A DNA stretch of 32,000 bases from an uncultured Pseudomonadota bacterium (GCA_963765965.1 CAVXZR010000129.1:36444-68443); one strand, 5' to 3'. Counted from the stretch's first letter, positions 16,191 through 25,740 are shown. Numbers and translations: made by a program. Notes: generated by a model from the letters alone, not told the origin.

Positions 16191-16206
16191 TGGCACGGCA
16201 TTTGCT
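16191..16206 (+). promoter_or_regulatory. Near-consensus sigma-54 (-24/-12) promoter
   Basis: TGGCACggcatTTGCT is a full match to TGGCAC-N5-TTGCW with correct GG/GC spacing (16192-93 and 16204-05). It lies 295 bp upstream of small ORF B. Confidence 0.6.
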
Positions 16207-16500
16207 TTATAAGTTTTGCAAACGTTGGATCAATGAATATCGGGAGTCGGTACGCGGGAACCGAAAAGAGGGTATCAAAAGCCGCTTTTCTTCCCGGAAT
16301 ACACGGCAAGTTGTTGATCTTCTCGTGCGGACTGCTCTGACAAATCGTATGTTAAACGCAAATGTCAAAAAAACTTTTGCATACAGATTAACCAAGTTAG
16401 TGACCGCTCATTTGCCAATAACCGGTAAACCTCTTTATTGAGCACTCAAAAGCGCTTAACCAAGAGGGAAGTTCTTTAGCTATTATTACGGAATCGAGAA

Positions 16501-16644
16501 ATGAATTCTTTAACCAGTAAAAACCATGTCCAATCCTTTTTCCCATGGGTATTTGATAACTTGCGCCTAATTCTTGCCAACCGAAAAACGCTAGTCCTAT
16601 GGATTGTCATGATTTCGCTGTTGACCATCTGGAGCCAACACTAA
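16501..16644 (+). CDS. Small ORF B (47 aa), paralog of small ORF A
   Basis: MNSLTSKNHVQSFFPWVFDNLRLILANRKTLVLWIVMISLLTIWSQH. Same architecture as ORF A. Confidence 0.45.
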   Translation: MNSLTSKNHVQSFFPWVFDNLRLILANRKTLVLWIVMISLLTIWSQH

Positions 16645-16877
16645 CTTTAGCCGTTACCGGCCATTTAATTGCCGAGCAGGTGGTTCAGTCGAATTCTTGG
16701 GGTAAGTCTTGCCATTAAAGATTAATGCCGCTTCATAAGCGGGCCTGGCACTCCCCCCCTATAGCCAAACACCGATGGTGTGCCATCCATTGCCGACAGG
16801 CGGTTCGCCAAGCTTTGGACATCAAAATACCTGACAGTTTATACAACAATCCAGGACACCCAAACATCGGGAAAGCT

Positions 16878-16946
16878 GGGGCGAAAAATTTTTCGCCCCT
16901 ACAATTTTGTAGCTGGCGGAACCCTTATCAGATTCCGCCCTACGGC
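16878..16946. repeat. Cluster of three consecutive short palindromes ending in CCCTACGG (REP-like)
   Basis: GGGGCGAAAAATTTTTCGCCCC, then CTACAAttTTGTAG, then GGCGGAA-N11-TTCCGCC, then CTACGG. Confidence 0.55.
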
Positions 16947-17291
16947 CCTGCCCGTCAAATAACACGCCGTCTTATCTCCATCCCAAGCTCGAATAAACGG
17001 CTTGACTGACTCTTCTAGCAATGCTGGCTGAACGTCAGGCTTGACCGATGCTGTTGCGGTTCCGCGCATTGCCGAAGCTCTGTGAGAATTTGTTCACTGT
17101 CCTTCTTATCGTTCATAACCGACGGCGAATGCCAGTATCAAAACCCATCCCACTCAAGTGCATAAACGCGATAACATAGTTTTACACTTGCCAAACATGA
17201 ACAAGACGTGTTCATCTATTATAATCGTCAAATGTTTGTGCAGTTAACGCCGGTATCAATTTCGCTTCCTAAGACTGGAAAGGGATAATTT

Positions 17292-19322
17292 ATGAATGAG
17301 CTGTTTTCGCCTGCAATGATATTGATGGATCGCCTGCGTTTTCCGGCAAAGTTCACCGTGCTGTCCATTATCGTCTTAGTCCCGTTAATGATCATGTCTA
17401 TAGTGATTATTAAGCAGTTTCAGAGTGAAGTCCGGCATCTGGAGAATGAACGCAAAGGCTTGGCCTACGTAAAATTTTTACGGCTGCCCGTCGAACATAT
17501 TCAGCAACATCGCGGCATGACTAGCGCCTATAAAAACGGGGCCGAGCAATTTAAAAACCGAATTTTCAGCAAGCGCCAGGATATTGACGGCTATTTTAGC
17601 GACTTAATAAAAATCGACCGTGAATTATCCGGCGATCTTCACACCCAGGGCTTGGTCGGCAATCTGGCTTCCCAATGGGAATCCATTAAAGCCCATTCCT
17701 TTGACCAGGATTGGCCGGCAACTTTAAAGGCGCATAATGCGCTGATTGGCGACATGCTCGCCTTATTCGAACATGTCGCCAATGCGTCCGGGATTGTTCT
17801 CGATCAAAAACTGGATAGCTATCATCTGGGTAATTCGATTACCGAAGTGTTGCCGCAGATGATCGAGTTTATGGGGCAGGCTCGCGCGGCCGCAGCGGGC
17901 ATTGCCGCCGGCGGCAGCCTGAATCCGGCAAAACTGCCCGAGCTGTTGACGCTAATCAGCAATATCGAGATCTACAAACAGCACCTTGAAAAGGGATTGA
18001 AGGTGGCAGAGGAAGATAACCGGGCCTTGGGCTCCGCTATCAACGCGGCAAATGAGCATTACCGGCAATCTCTAGCGGTTATGTTGAACATGTTGCAACA
18101 GCAAATTATCGACAGCACGCCCATTACGATCAGCAGCGAAAAGGTATTCGATACCTCGACTGCCGCCATTTCCGCCAGTTTTCAACTGTATGACCAGTTG
18201 CTTGAAAATCTCGATCAACTGTTTTTGGAGCGCAGCCGTTCCGCCGAACAATATTTGAACATGACAGCCGTTGGCTCCGTGCTGGTGGTTTTCGCCGTGA
18301 TTTACCTTTTGATAGGATTGTCATTTTCGATCAATCGCAGCGTTACCGCCATTAACGCCGGAACCAAACGGCTGGCCGGCAACGATTTTACCGCTAGAAT
18401 CGACATCCGCGCCAGCGACGAGATGGGTGAGATTGCCCAAAGCTTCAACACCATGACTGAATCGTTATCGGCGTTTATCCTGACAGTAATCGATACCGGC
18501 AACGACTTACAAAAAGCATCGAAAGAAGTCTATGATGTAGCCCATCAAACGGCCAATGCCGTCGAACACCAACGCCGGGAAACTTCATCCGTAGCTATCG
18601 CCATTAACGAAATGAGCGCCACGATTCAGGATGTCGCAAAAACCACTAATGATGCAGCCGATGCCGCTATGCAAGCCGATTAAGCTAGTCAGAGTAAATC
18701 CGTGGTTGCAGTCGCTACCGCATCGATCCTGGAATTGGCCGGGGAAATAGAGAATGCATCCAGGGTCATTGAAAAATTGGAAGAGGATAGCAAATCCATC
18801 GGTTCGCTTCTGGATGTTATCAAAAGCATTGCAGAACAAACCAATCTATTGGCATTAAACGCGGCGATTGAAGCTGCTCGCGCCGGCGATCAAGGACGAG
18901 GCTTTGCCGTCGTTGCGGACGAGGTAAGAACGCTGGCGACCCGTACCCATGAATCCACTTCGGTCATCGAAGGCATGATCAACAAACTTCAAGGCGATTC
19001 GAGAAGAGCCGTAGATGTCATGCAGCATAGCCGCATACAGGCTCAGCAAGGGGTGAAGCATACGGAAGAAGCCATGCAAAAGATTGAAACCATCATGAGT
19101 TCCGTGACTGCCATCAACGGCATGACCATGCAAATTGCCGGCGCGGCTGAACAGCAAACTACCGTAACCGAAGAAATCAACCGTAATATTATCCATATTA
19201 GCGATATATCGGCGCAAACTTCAATTGTTTCCGAACGTACCACGGTTGCCGCCAATCATTTAAATCAGGTATCGCATAATCTGCAATCACTGATTAATCA
19301 ATTCAAAATCGCTCCTGATTAG
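17292..19322 (+). pseudogene. Methyl-accepting chemotaxis protein (NIT/PilJ-like periplasmic sensor, HAMP, MCP signalling domain) interrupted by a single in-frame TAA
   Basis: Track ORFs 17292..18683 and 18702..19322 are in the same frame and are separated only by TAA 18681-18683 plus 6 sense codons. The first part has TM1, the sensor domain (VEHIQQHRGMTSAY), TM2 and HAMP. The second carries [37 protein letters not shown]. Confidence 0.8.
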
Positions 19323-19352
19323 CAAGATTACTCAGCCGACATGTCGAACCCC

Positions 19353-19442
19353 GTAGGGTATGCATCGCATACCATTAGGCCGTTCCGGTTCCAAAAAGTT
19401 ATCCGTTGCCAAAAGGCAAATGGTATGCGATGCATACCCTAC
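19353..19442. repeat. REPIN-like element (GTAGGGTATGCATCGCATACC ... GGTATGCGATGCATACCCTAC)
   Basis: Inverted termini related to 1162-1250. Confidence 0.7.
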
Positions 19443-19583
19443 ATTGCTAATCAGGAAATCGCTTGAGCAGTTAAAGCTTAATCTGCCGGTTTCCGGGAGC
19501 AGCCGGATTTCGGGCATTTAGGTATTTGCCGAACCTTAAACTTAATTGATGGTCTGATCGATACATTCACCGGAGATACCGAA

Positions 19584-19955
19584 ATGATCCATTCCGAATT
19601 GTTAGAAGATCAAGGCATATTGATCATCACGCCCGAAGGCTCGCTTCAAGAATCCGATTTTGTTAGATTGGCCGGGTTGGTTGACCCGTTTATTGAATCC
19701 AGGGGAAAATTGAACGGTATTTTAATTCACACGCAATCTTTTCCGGGCTGGGCCGACTTTGCGGCGTTGTTGTCGCACTTGAAGTTTGTTAAGAACCACC
19801 ACCAGCACGTGGAAAGAGTCGCTGCCGTCACTGACAGCGGTTTTCTGGCTATTATGCCAAGCATCGTCAGTCATTTTATACAAGCAGAGGTGCGGCATTT
19901 TGATTACGCCGACAAAGAAAGCGCTTTGATTTGGTTACAGCGTTTTGATATTTAA
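19584..19955 (+). CDS. STAS/SpoIIAA-like domain protein (DUF3478-type)
   Basis: The 123-aa product has the pattern ...GILIITPEGSLQESDF..L...DPFIE..GKLNGILIHTQSFPGW..F.A...H.KFV..HH..V.RVA.VTDS, typical of the SpoIIAA-like family. Confidence 0.65.
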   Translation: MIHSELLEDQGILIITPEGSLQESDFVRLAGLVDPFIESRGKLNGILIHTQSFPGWADFAALLSHLKFVKNHHQHVERVAAVTDSGFLAIMPSIVSHFIQAEVRHFDYADKESALIWLQRFDI

Positions 19956-19986
19956 CTGCAACAGTATCCGATTTTAAAGAAGATTT

Positions 19987-20140
19987 GTAACTATTCAGTG
20001 AATTCTTGATACGCCCATCGATTCGATGAAATTGAAAGTGTTTTGGTACGCCCCCGGTGGATTACGATGCGCCCAACGAATTTAACTTTATCTAAACTCA
20101 ACGAGTTGCGCATCTAACCCACCCTACGCTGAATAATTAC
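19987..20140. mobile_element. 154-bp MITE, copy 3
   Basis: Perfect 8-bp TSD GAAGATTT (19979-19986 and 20141-20148). The right TSD touches the stop codon of the convergent gene at 20148. Confidence 0.9.
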
Positions 20141-20147
20141 GAAGATT

Positions 20148-20771
20148 TTAAGCGATAGTCCTTCGATACGGCAGCCAGAATCGATAGATGGACGCGACGC
20201 AGAGGGGAACTAAATCAGTTAACGCCGCCCGTTTTATTTGGGTTTCGATTTGCACCATTTCTTGATCCGACAAGTAATCCGTACCCAGCAGATAGATGGG
20301 ATAAAAGGCTTCCTGGCCATCCGGATCGTCAAAGAGCGGGAGCCAATGCTTTTTGCACAATTCAATGCCGCAAAGAAAACCGCGAGCCCACATTTTGGCA
20401 TCAAGGTATTCTTGTTGATTTTCCTCATTTACCAGAGTTTCGAACAACAGTTCGATATGGTCCGGATCGCGTTCCAAGGCTGCTTTGATACTATTCATAT
20501 GCCGAACGATCAGATCGATAATATGTTGAGCTTTATCCATCGATTCGAACTGCGGCATAGTTCCCTTGCCGCTCCCCCAGATACCGGAAAACCATTGATC
20601 GAACGCCAGCCGGGCAGGAGCAATGACTACAGCAGTCAAATAACCATCCAACGCATCCAGCCACAGAGTCTGTTCGGGTATATTGTCGGATATTAAAAAT
20701 TGATCAAGTTCATTAAGCTCCGCTTCGGAAAGCGGCGATGAAAGGTTGGATTTCGGATATTCGCTACGCAT
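20148..20771 (-). CDS. UPF0149 (YecA N-terminal-domain) family protein, without the SEC-C zinc motif
   Basis: LSEAELNELDQFL...ALDGYLTAVVIAPARLAFDQWFSGIWG...MWARGFLCGIEL parallels E. coli YecA LNESELEWLDDIL...ELDGLLTAVLSSP...WLVAVWGG...EWCFGYMRGVAL (from memory). Confidence 0.7.
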   Translation of the reverse strand: MRSEYPKSNLSSPLSEAELNELDQFLISDNIPEQTLWLDALDGYLTAVVIAPARLAFDQWFSGIWGSGKGTMPQFESMDKAQHIIDLIVRHMNSIKAALERDPDHIELLFETLVNEENQQEYLDAKMWARGFLCGIELCKKHWLPLFDDPDGQEAFYPIYLLGTDYLSDQEMVQIETQIKRAALTDLVPLCVASIYRFWLPYRRTIA

Positions 20772-21101
20772 GGTTGTTTTAAAAGCAAAGGAATTGCGGA
20801 CTAGTAGTGAGTTTCGTCAAAACGTTGACATGAAAAATCGGGATATTTTCATAATGAATATTTTATTATCAATATGTTACTGGGTGTATTTCCCATGAAT
20901 CAACTGTAAATACCTTAGCGGAACGAACGACAGGCCGGCTATTTAGTCAAATAAGAAAATCAAGAGCCCGCCCATGCAAAGTACAAAGCCGGAGTAACCG
21001 TTTTTGAAAATTTTCAGCAACCGCCGAGGACAAAGGCCATTTCTGCCAAGCCTTTCGGATCTCTACGATTTATACACCGAAAAGCCGCGTTGATCCGGCT
21101 A

Positions 21102-21389
21102 TCAGCTGTCTTTTAAATTTTTACACGTATGGCACTCATCGCCGGCATGATCCAACACTATTCTGACCGAATCGATCATATCTTCCATGTTTTTAAATGA
21201 ATTGATAGCGTCAGGATCATCTTCGATAATTTCCAAAGTCAGTTCCATGTAATCGGCATTTCCGGTCAGATCGATGTATTCGCCGTCGTGAAATTCGCAT
21301 TCTTCGATGGCGCCGATCTTGACGCAAAGCTCAGCGGCAAAGCTGAGTTTCTCATCGTTTTCAGTTAGTATGTGCTGAATGTGTCCCAT
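21102..21389 (-). CDS. Hypothetical acidic 95-aa protein
   Basis: ORF track only. Very acidic, with C-terminal ...HAGDECHTCKNL. No family recognised. Confidence 0.4.
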   Translation of the reverse strand: MGHIQHILTENDEKLSFAAELCVKIGAIEECEFHDGEYIDLTGNADYMELTLEIIEDDPDAINSFKNMEDMIDSVRIVLDHAGDECHTCKNLKDS

Positions 21390-21789
21390 AGCGCTAACCT
21401 CTTATCGTGGTTGGTAATTGAAATTGGTGGTGTTCGAAAAGCACTCGATTATAACAGCTAAAATGATGCTACGAAGATTTGTATCATTTTTGCCGGGACG
21501 CATGATTTCCCGATATAAAAATGCGTTGTTCCAATTTTCCGGTAAGGCGTTAAAAACCACTCAAGTCATGCCGAAATCCGCTAAACTTGGTACGATCCTA
21601 AACCGGATTTTGCTAACCCTTCACCTATCGATAGCTGACTACTCGGACGATTATTGACTGGGTTTAGCTTTATAAAAGACACTTTAAACTTCGGTTGGTG
21701 CGATTTCAACCTCAGGCGTTCAGGTTATAGAATTATTCGGTGCCGAAAATTAACGCGCTTGGGGTATAGATGAACAAAAGGAGCCGTAT

Positions 21790-23256
21790 ATGATCGGGCA
21801 AAACTTATTATCTTTCATTTTAATCCTTATTCTGACCGCCGTCACTAGCTCAAAAGCAATGGCGCAATCCGCCCCGCCGCTTACCGATGACATACAGATC
21901 GTGCATTTACTGAACCGTATCGGCTTTGGACCCTCAGCAGACGATATAGCCAAAGTCCGGAATCTGGGTATCGAGGCTTATATCGAGCAACAACTTAAGC
22001 CCGCTTCTTTACCGAAAAATGAAGTTCTGGAAACCCGGCTTTCAGAATTAAATACCCTAAACGCCACTATCGAACAATTAAGCACGGACTTCGAGCCACC
22101 GGCAGGGCAATTTAAAAGCATGCCGGAGGATGAACGCAAAGAAGTCAACAAAAACAAAAACCGGATAGTTTTTGAGTTGGCCCTGGCCAAAGTACTGCGC
22201 GCCATTGCCAGCCCTGCCCAGTTGCAGGAAGTCATGGTCGATTTCTGGTTTAACCATTTTAACGTCTTTGCCGAAAAAGGCGCCGATAAAATCTGGATCG
22301 GCACTTATGAAAGGGATGCCATACGCCCTTACGTGTTGGGAAAGTTCCGCGATTTATTGCATGCCACGGCGCAACACCCGGCGATGCTGTTTTATCTCGA
22401 TAACTGGCTGAATACCGCGCCGGATAGTCCCGGCGCACGCGGCAGAAAAACCGGTATCAACGAAAATTATGCCAGGGAAATTCTTGAATTGCACACGCTG
22501 GGGGTTGACGGCGGCTATACGCAACAGGATGTGACCACGCTGGCGGAGATTCTCACCGGCTGGGGTTTGGCTAACGGCAAGGAACTTTGGCAAAGAGCCA
22601 ATTTCTTTTTCAATCCGCGCCGCCATGATTTTGCCGATAAAACCTTGCTGGGCTATCCGATAACCGGAAGAGGCGCAGTAGAAATTGAAATGGTGATAGA
22701 TTTGCTGGCCTCGCAGCCGGCAACCGCCAAGCATATTGCTTACCAACTTGCCCAAACCTTTGTTGCCGACGATCCGCCGAAAAGTCTGGTTGAAAAACTC
22801 ACCAAAGCGTTTCGCAGTTCGGAAGGCGACATTTCTGTGGTGTTACACACGCTATTGCGTTCAAATGAGTTCTGGGACAAACAATATGCGCAAAACAAAT
22901 TCAAACCGCCGTTCCGTTATGCGGTATCTGCGTTACGGGCAAGCAACATCGTACCGCAGGGAGATACCCGGCCGATACAAGGCGCGCTGCGAAATATGGG
23001 CGAACCGCTGTATCGCTGCCTGACGCCTAACGGTTACGCGAATACCAAAGAGCAGTGGCTTAATCCGGACGCCTTGCTAAAACGGATTGATTTTGCCAAG
23101 GGTTTGAACCGGTTTTTGGATCCGGCCGACAGCGGCCGGATCATGCAGAACCTTGGCGAAACATGGAGCCAAAATACCTTGAACACTATTCAGGACGCGG
23201 CTCCGAATTTGAAACCGGTGCTATTGTTGAATAGTCCGGAATTTCTCTACTACTGA
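21790..23256 (+). CDS. DUF1800 family protein (secreted)
   Basis: It has a signal peptide and an early LLNRIGFGPS motif. The length and its pairing with a downstream DUF1501 gene are typical. Confidence 0.75.
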   Translation: MIGQNLLSFILILILTAVTSSKAMAQSAPPLTDDIQIVHLLNRIGFGPSADDIAKVRNLGIEAYIEQQLKPASLPKNEVLETRLSELNTLNATIEQLSTDFEPPAGQFKSMPEDERKEVNKNKNRIVFELALAKVLRAIASPAQLQEVMVDFWFNHFNVFAEKGADKIWIGTYERDAIRPYVLGKFRDLLHATAQHPAMLFYLDNWLNTAPDSPGARGRKTGINENYAREILELHTLGVDGGYTQQDVTTLAEILTGWGLANGKELWQRANFFFNPRRHDFADKTLLGYPITGRGAVEIEMVIDLLASQPATAKHIAYQLAQTFVADDPPKSLVEKLTKAFRSSEGDISVVLHTLLRSNEFWDKQYAQNKFKPPFRYAVSALRASNIVPQGDTRPIQGALRNMGEPLYRCLTPNGYANTKEQWLNPDALLKRIDFAKGLNRFLDPADSGRIMQNLGETWSQNTLNTIQDAAPNLKPVLLLNSPEFLYY

Positions 23257-23272
23257 AACGGAGGCAGAACCG

Positions 23273-24508
23273 ATGTTAACACGCCGTCAGATTTTAAAGA
23301 GTTTACTGGCTTCGGCCGGGCTGTGCTTGTTGCCGCTGAGCCGCAGCAGTTGGGCTTTGTCATCCAAGCAAAGTATCGACAAACATTTCATCGTCATCCT
23401 GATGCGGGGCGCCGTTGACGGCTTGAGTCTTGTCGCGCCTTACGCGGAACAGAATTATTACGACCTGCGGCCGGCCATTTCACTTGCCAAACCCGGACAG
23501 GAGGACGGTTTGATCGACCTGGACGGCTTTTTCGGTTTGCATCCGGCATTGGCAACTCTCCTTCCGCAATGGCAGGACCGCTCGCTGGCTTTTATTCATG
23601 CCAGCGGATCGCCGGCTGAAACGCGTTCCCATTTCGAAGCGCAGGATATTATGGAAACGGCGCTTCTTAACTCGGCTCTGGCTAAACAGGGCTGGATGAA
23701 CGGCCTTGCGCAAGTCTTGCCGGATAACCGCGCCCCGACCCGCGCGATTAGCACCGGCAATGTCATGCCGAAGATCTTTCAGGGCCCGGCCAGTATTTCC
23801 AGCCTGCCCACCGGCATGCGCGCCGATAAGGCTATAGCCGCCGACAATCCGGATATGGAAATGAAATTCGAACAATTATATGTATCGCATCCCGAGTTGG
23901 CAGGACTTTACCGGCAAGCCATCTCGGCACAGGAAACCATGCTGCGGGATTTGCAAACCGAAATGCAGGCTGCCGACCAAGGCGCGCCGCTTGGCGATGC
24001 CTTTACCGTCACGAGTCAAAAAGTAGCCGGCATGATACGCAACGATGCCAGCATTCAACTGGTTTTCATGGATGCCGGCGGCTGGGATACCCACGTCGCG
24101 CAAGGTAATGGAAAAGGCCAACTGGCCAACAAACTGGAAAAATTCGGACAAGGATTATCGGCATTGATTCAGGGACTTGGCCCGGCTTATAAAAATACGG
24201 CCATTCTGATTATGTCCGAATTCGGCCGGACGGTTGCCGAAAACGGCAATAAAGGCACCGATCACGGACATGGCAATCTTAGCTGGCTGCTGGGCGGCGA
24301 AGTCAACGGCGGCAAAATCTATGGCCGCTGGCCGGGCCTGAATACCGAACAACTATGGGAAGGCCGGGACTTGAAGGTCACCACGGATTTCCGGTCTATT
24401 ATAGGCGCGGTTTTATCCAAACACCTTGCCCTGAATACCGCAAGCGTGCAAAAGGTCATAGCGGAGTATGCGCCTGATGTTGGTTTGCAAGGGATTTTTA
24501 AGGGGTAG
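23273..24508 (+). CDS. DUF1501 family protein (Tat-signal, sulfatase/phosphatase-like fold)
   Basis: Twin-arginine leader MLTRRQILKSLLASAGL. Conserved SEFGRT...GTDHGHG motif near the C-terminus. Confidence 0.75.
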   Translation: MLTRRQILKSLLASAGLCLLPLSRSSWALSSKQSIDKHFIVILMRGAVDGLSLVAPYAEQNYYDLRPAISLAKPGQEDGLIDLDGFFGLHPALATLLPQWQDRSLAFIHASGSPAETRSHFEAQDIMETALLNSALAKQGWMNGLAQVLPDNRAPTRAISTGNVMPKIFQGPASISSLPTGMRADKAIAADNPDMEMKFEQLYVSHPELAGLYRQAISAQETMLRDLQTEMQAADQGAPLGDAFTVTSQKVAGMIRNDASIQLVFMDAGGWDTHVAQGNGKGQLANKLEKFGQGLSALIQGLGPAYKNTAILIMSEFGRTVAENGNKGTDHGHGNLSWLLGGEVNGGKIYGRWPGLNTEQLWEGRDLKVTTDFRSIIGAVLSKHLALNTASVQKVIAEYAPDVGLQGIFKG

Positions 24509-24513
24509 TGCTG

Positions 24514-24595
24514 TGGGAATGCATCCCCGGACGCTCTGCGTCTTCCTGATAAGCCGCGTAGGTGAGGTTGCGCTCTTTGCAACCCAACCTACGCG
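24514..24595. repeat. Composite repeat: the TGGGAATGCATCCCCGGACGCTCTGCGTC module followed by a GTAGG-headed hairpin
   Basis: The module is shared with 706-842 and 6579-6668. The hairpin is CGCGTAGGTGAGGTTGCgctctttGCAACCCAACCTACGCG. Confidence 0.65.
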
Positions 24596-24720
24596 GCCAA
24601 ATCAACCTTATACCCAAAAAATCGTCAACCCACCGTAGCCTCGATACAACAACGCGGAATCGAGGATTATCGAAGCGAACGCCACCCTCCCTGCCCGGAA
24701 ATCAATGGTTACAGCACCCA

Positions 24721-25398
24721 TCACCAAACGAATGGCACCAGACGATACTTGACCCGTTGCTGATATTCCGTATATCCAGTCAAATTTTTCGCAAGAAAAC
24801 GTTCTTCGTCAAACAATCGCCACAGCAGAAACGGGATCATAGCCCCAAGCACAACCAAGCCCCGATACGAGCCGAGGGCAAGCGGGATACCGAAAAGATA
24901 GATCAAGGCACTCGCATACATCGGATGGCGGACGACGGCATACGGCCCGGTAGTAATAACCTGCTGATCTTTGGCAACTTCAATGGTTGCCGACGCAAAG
25001 GTGTTCTCCCGATACACCAGGAAGATGAAATAAAACCCAGTCAACACAAGCACGTCTCCGGTTACAATACCACCAAGCGGCACGGCAGACCACCCAAAGC
25101 GGAAATCCAGTGCCGGAACCACCAGCAAGGCGATGAATCCGATAGAGACGCACCACATGATCAACCGCTGCACCGGCTGCTTTTCCGCAGTCGGCCCACC
25201 CTTCATTCGTCGCTCAAGCAGCGCAGGATCGTGCCTCATTAGGTACAGCGTTGGAGGCGTTGACGCGCCAATGTCGATGGCCAAAAACACCCATGCCTGC
25301 CAGTAGTAAACTGTCCCGGCAGGCACAAATAGAAAAGCCCCCATGATAACCCCAAGAGCCACAAGACTAAGCCAAACTTTTGTGTTGAGATTCATCAC
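24721..25398 (-). CDS. Isoprenylcysteine carboxyl methyltransferase (ICMT/PEMT) family membrane protein
   Basis: Multi-TM 225-aa protein with GPYAVVRHPMYASALIYLFGIPLALGSY, typical of the ICMT/PEMT family. Confidence 0.7.
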   Translation of the reverse strand: MMNLNTKVWLSLVALGVIMGAFLFVPAGTVYYWQAWVFLAIDIGASTPPTLYLMRHDPALLERRMKGGPTAEKQPVQRLIMWCVSIGFIALLVVPALDFRFGWSAVPLGGIVTGDVLVLTGFYFIFLVYRENTFASATIEVAKDQQVITTGPYAVVRHPMYASALIYLFGIPLALGSYRGLVVLGAMIPFLLWRLFDEERFLAKNLTGYTEYQQRVKYRLVPFVW

Positions 25399-25488
25399 AA
25401 GCAGCCTCCAAAAAAGGGGTTAGAATAGATCGGCACTTGCTTAAGAGTATAGTTTTTCTAAATCAATCTGTTACAAAACATATATTAG

Positions 25489-25565
25489 CGTAGGTTGGGG
25501 TGAGGATATGAACCCCAACGGATCGAAGCCGAAAAACGTTGGGGTTAGCACCTAAACCCAAACTG
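25489..25565. repeat. GTAGG-headed REP-like double hairpin
   Basis: CGTAGGTTGGGGtgaggatatgaaCCCCAAC ... GTTGGGGTTagcacctAAACCCAAAC. Confidence 0.5.
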
Positions 25566-25740
25566 TGCGACGATAACACAAGGTTAGTTAGCTCACAGCA
25601 GCCGTTTCCCGGATAGACACGCTAAGCGATCTTTATCGCGGCAGCGTCTGGGAAACACTGTTGGGACCATATTTTTCCACTTTAGTTGTAGCGGCCTGAG
25701 AACATAAATCACAGGAACCATATTAACTGAGAACAACTTG

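Noticed and set aside
15716-16441. Four mutually overlapping 62-99-aa ORFs in the AT-rich desert
   Set aside because: They overlap one another on both strands, lack RBSs, use non-ATG starts and have low-complexity composition. One of them would overlap the sigma-54 promoter itself.
24562-25242. 226-aa ORF on the + strand
   Set aside because: It is antisense to the well-supported ICMT-family membrane protein. It has a highly basic, low-complexity sequence and starts inside a REP hairpin.
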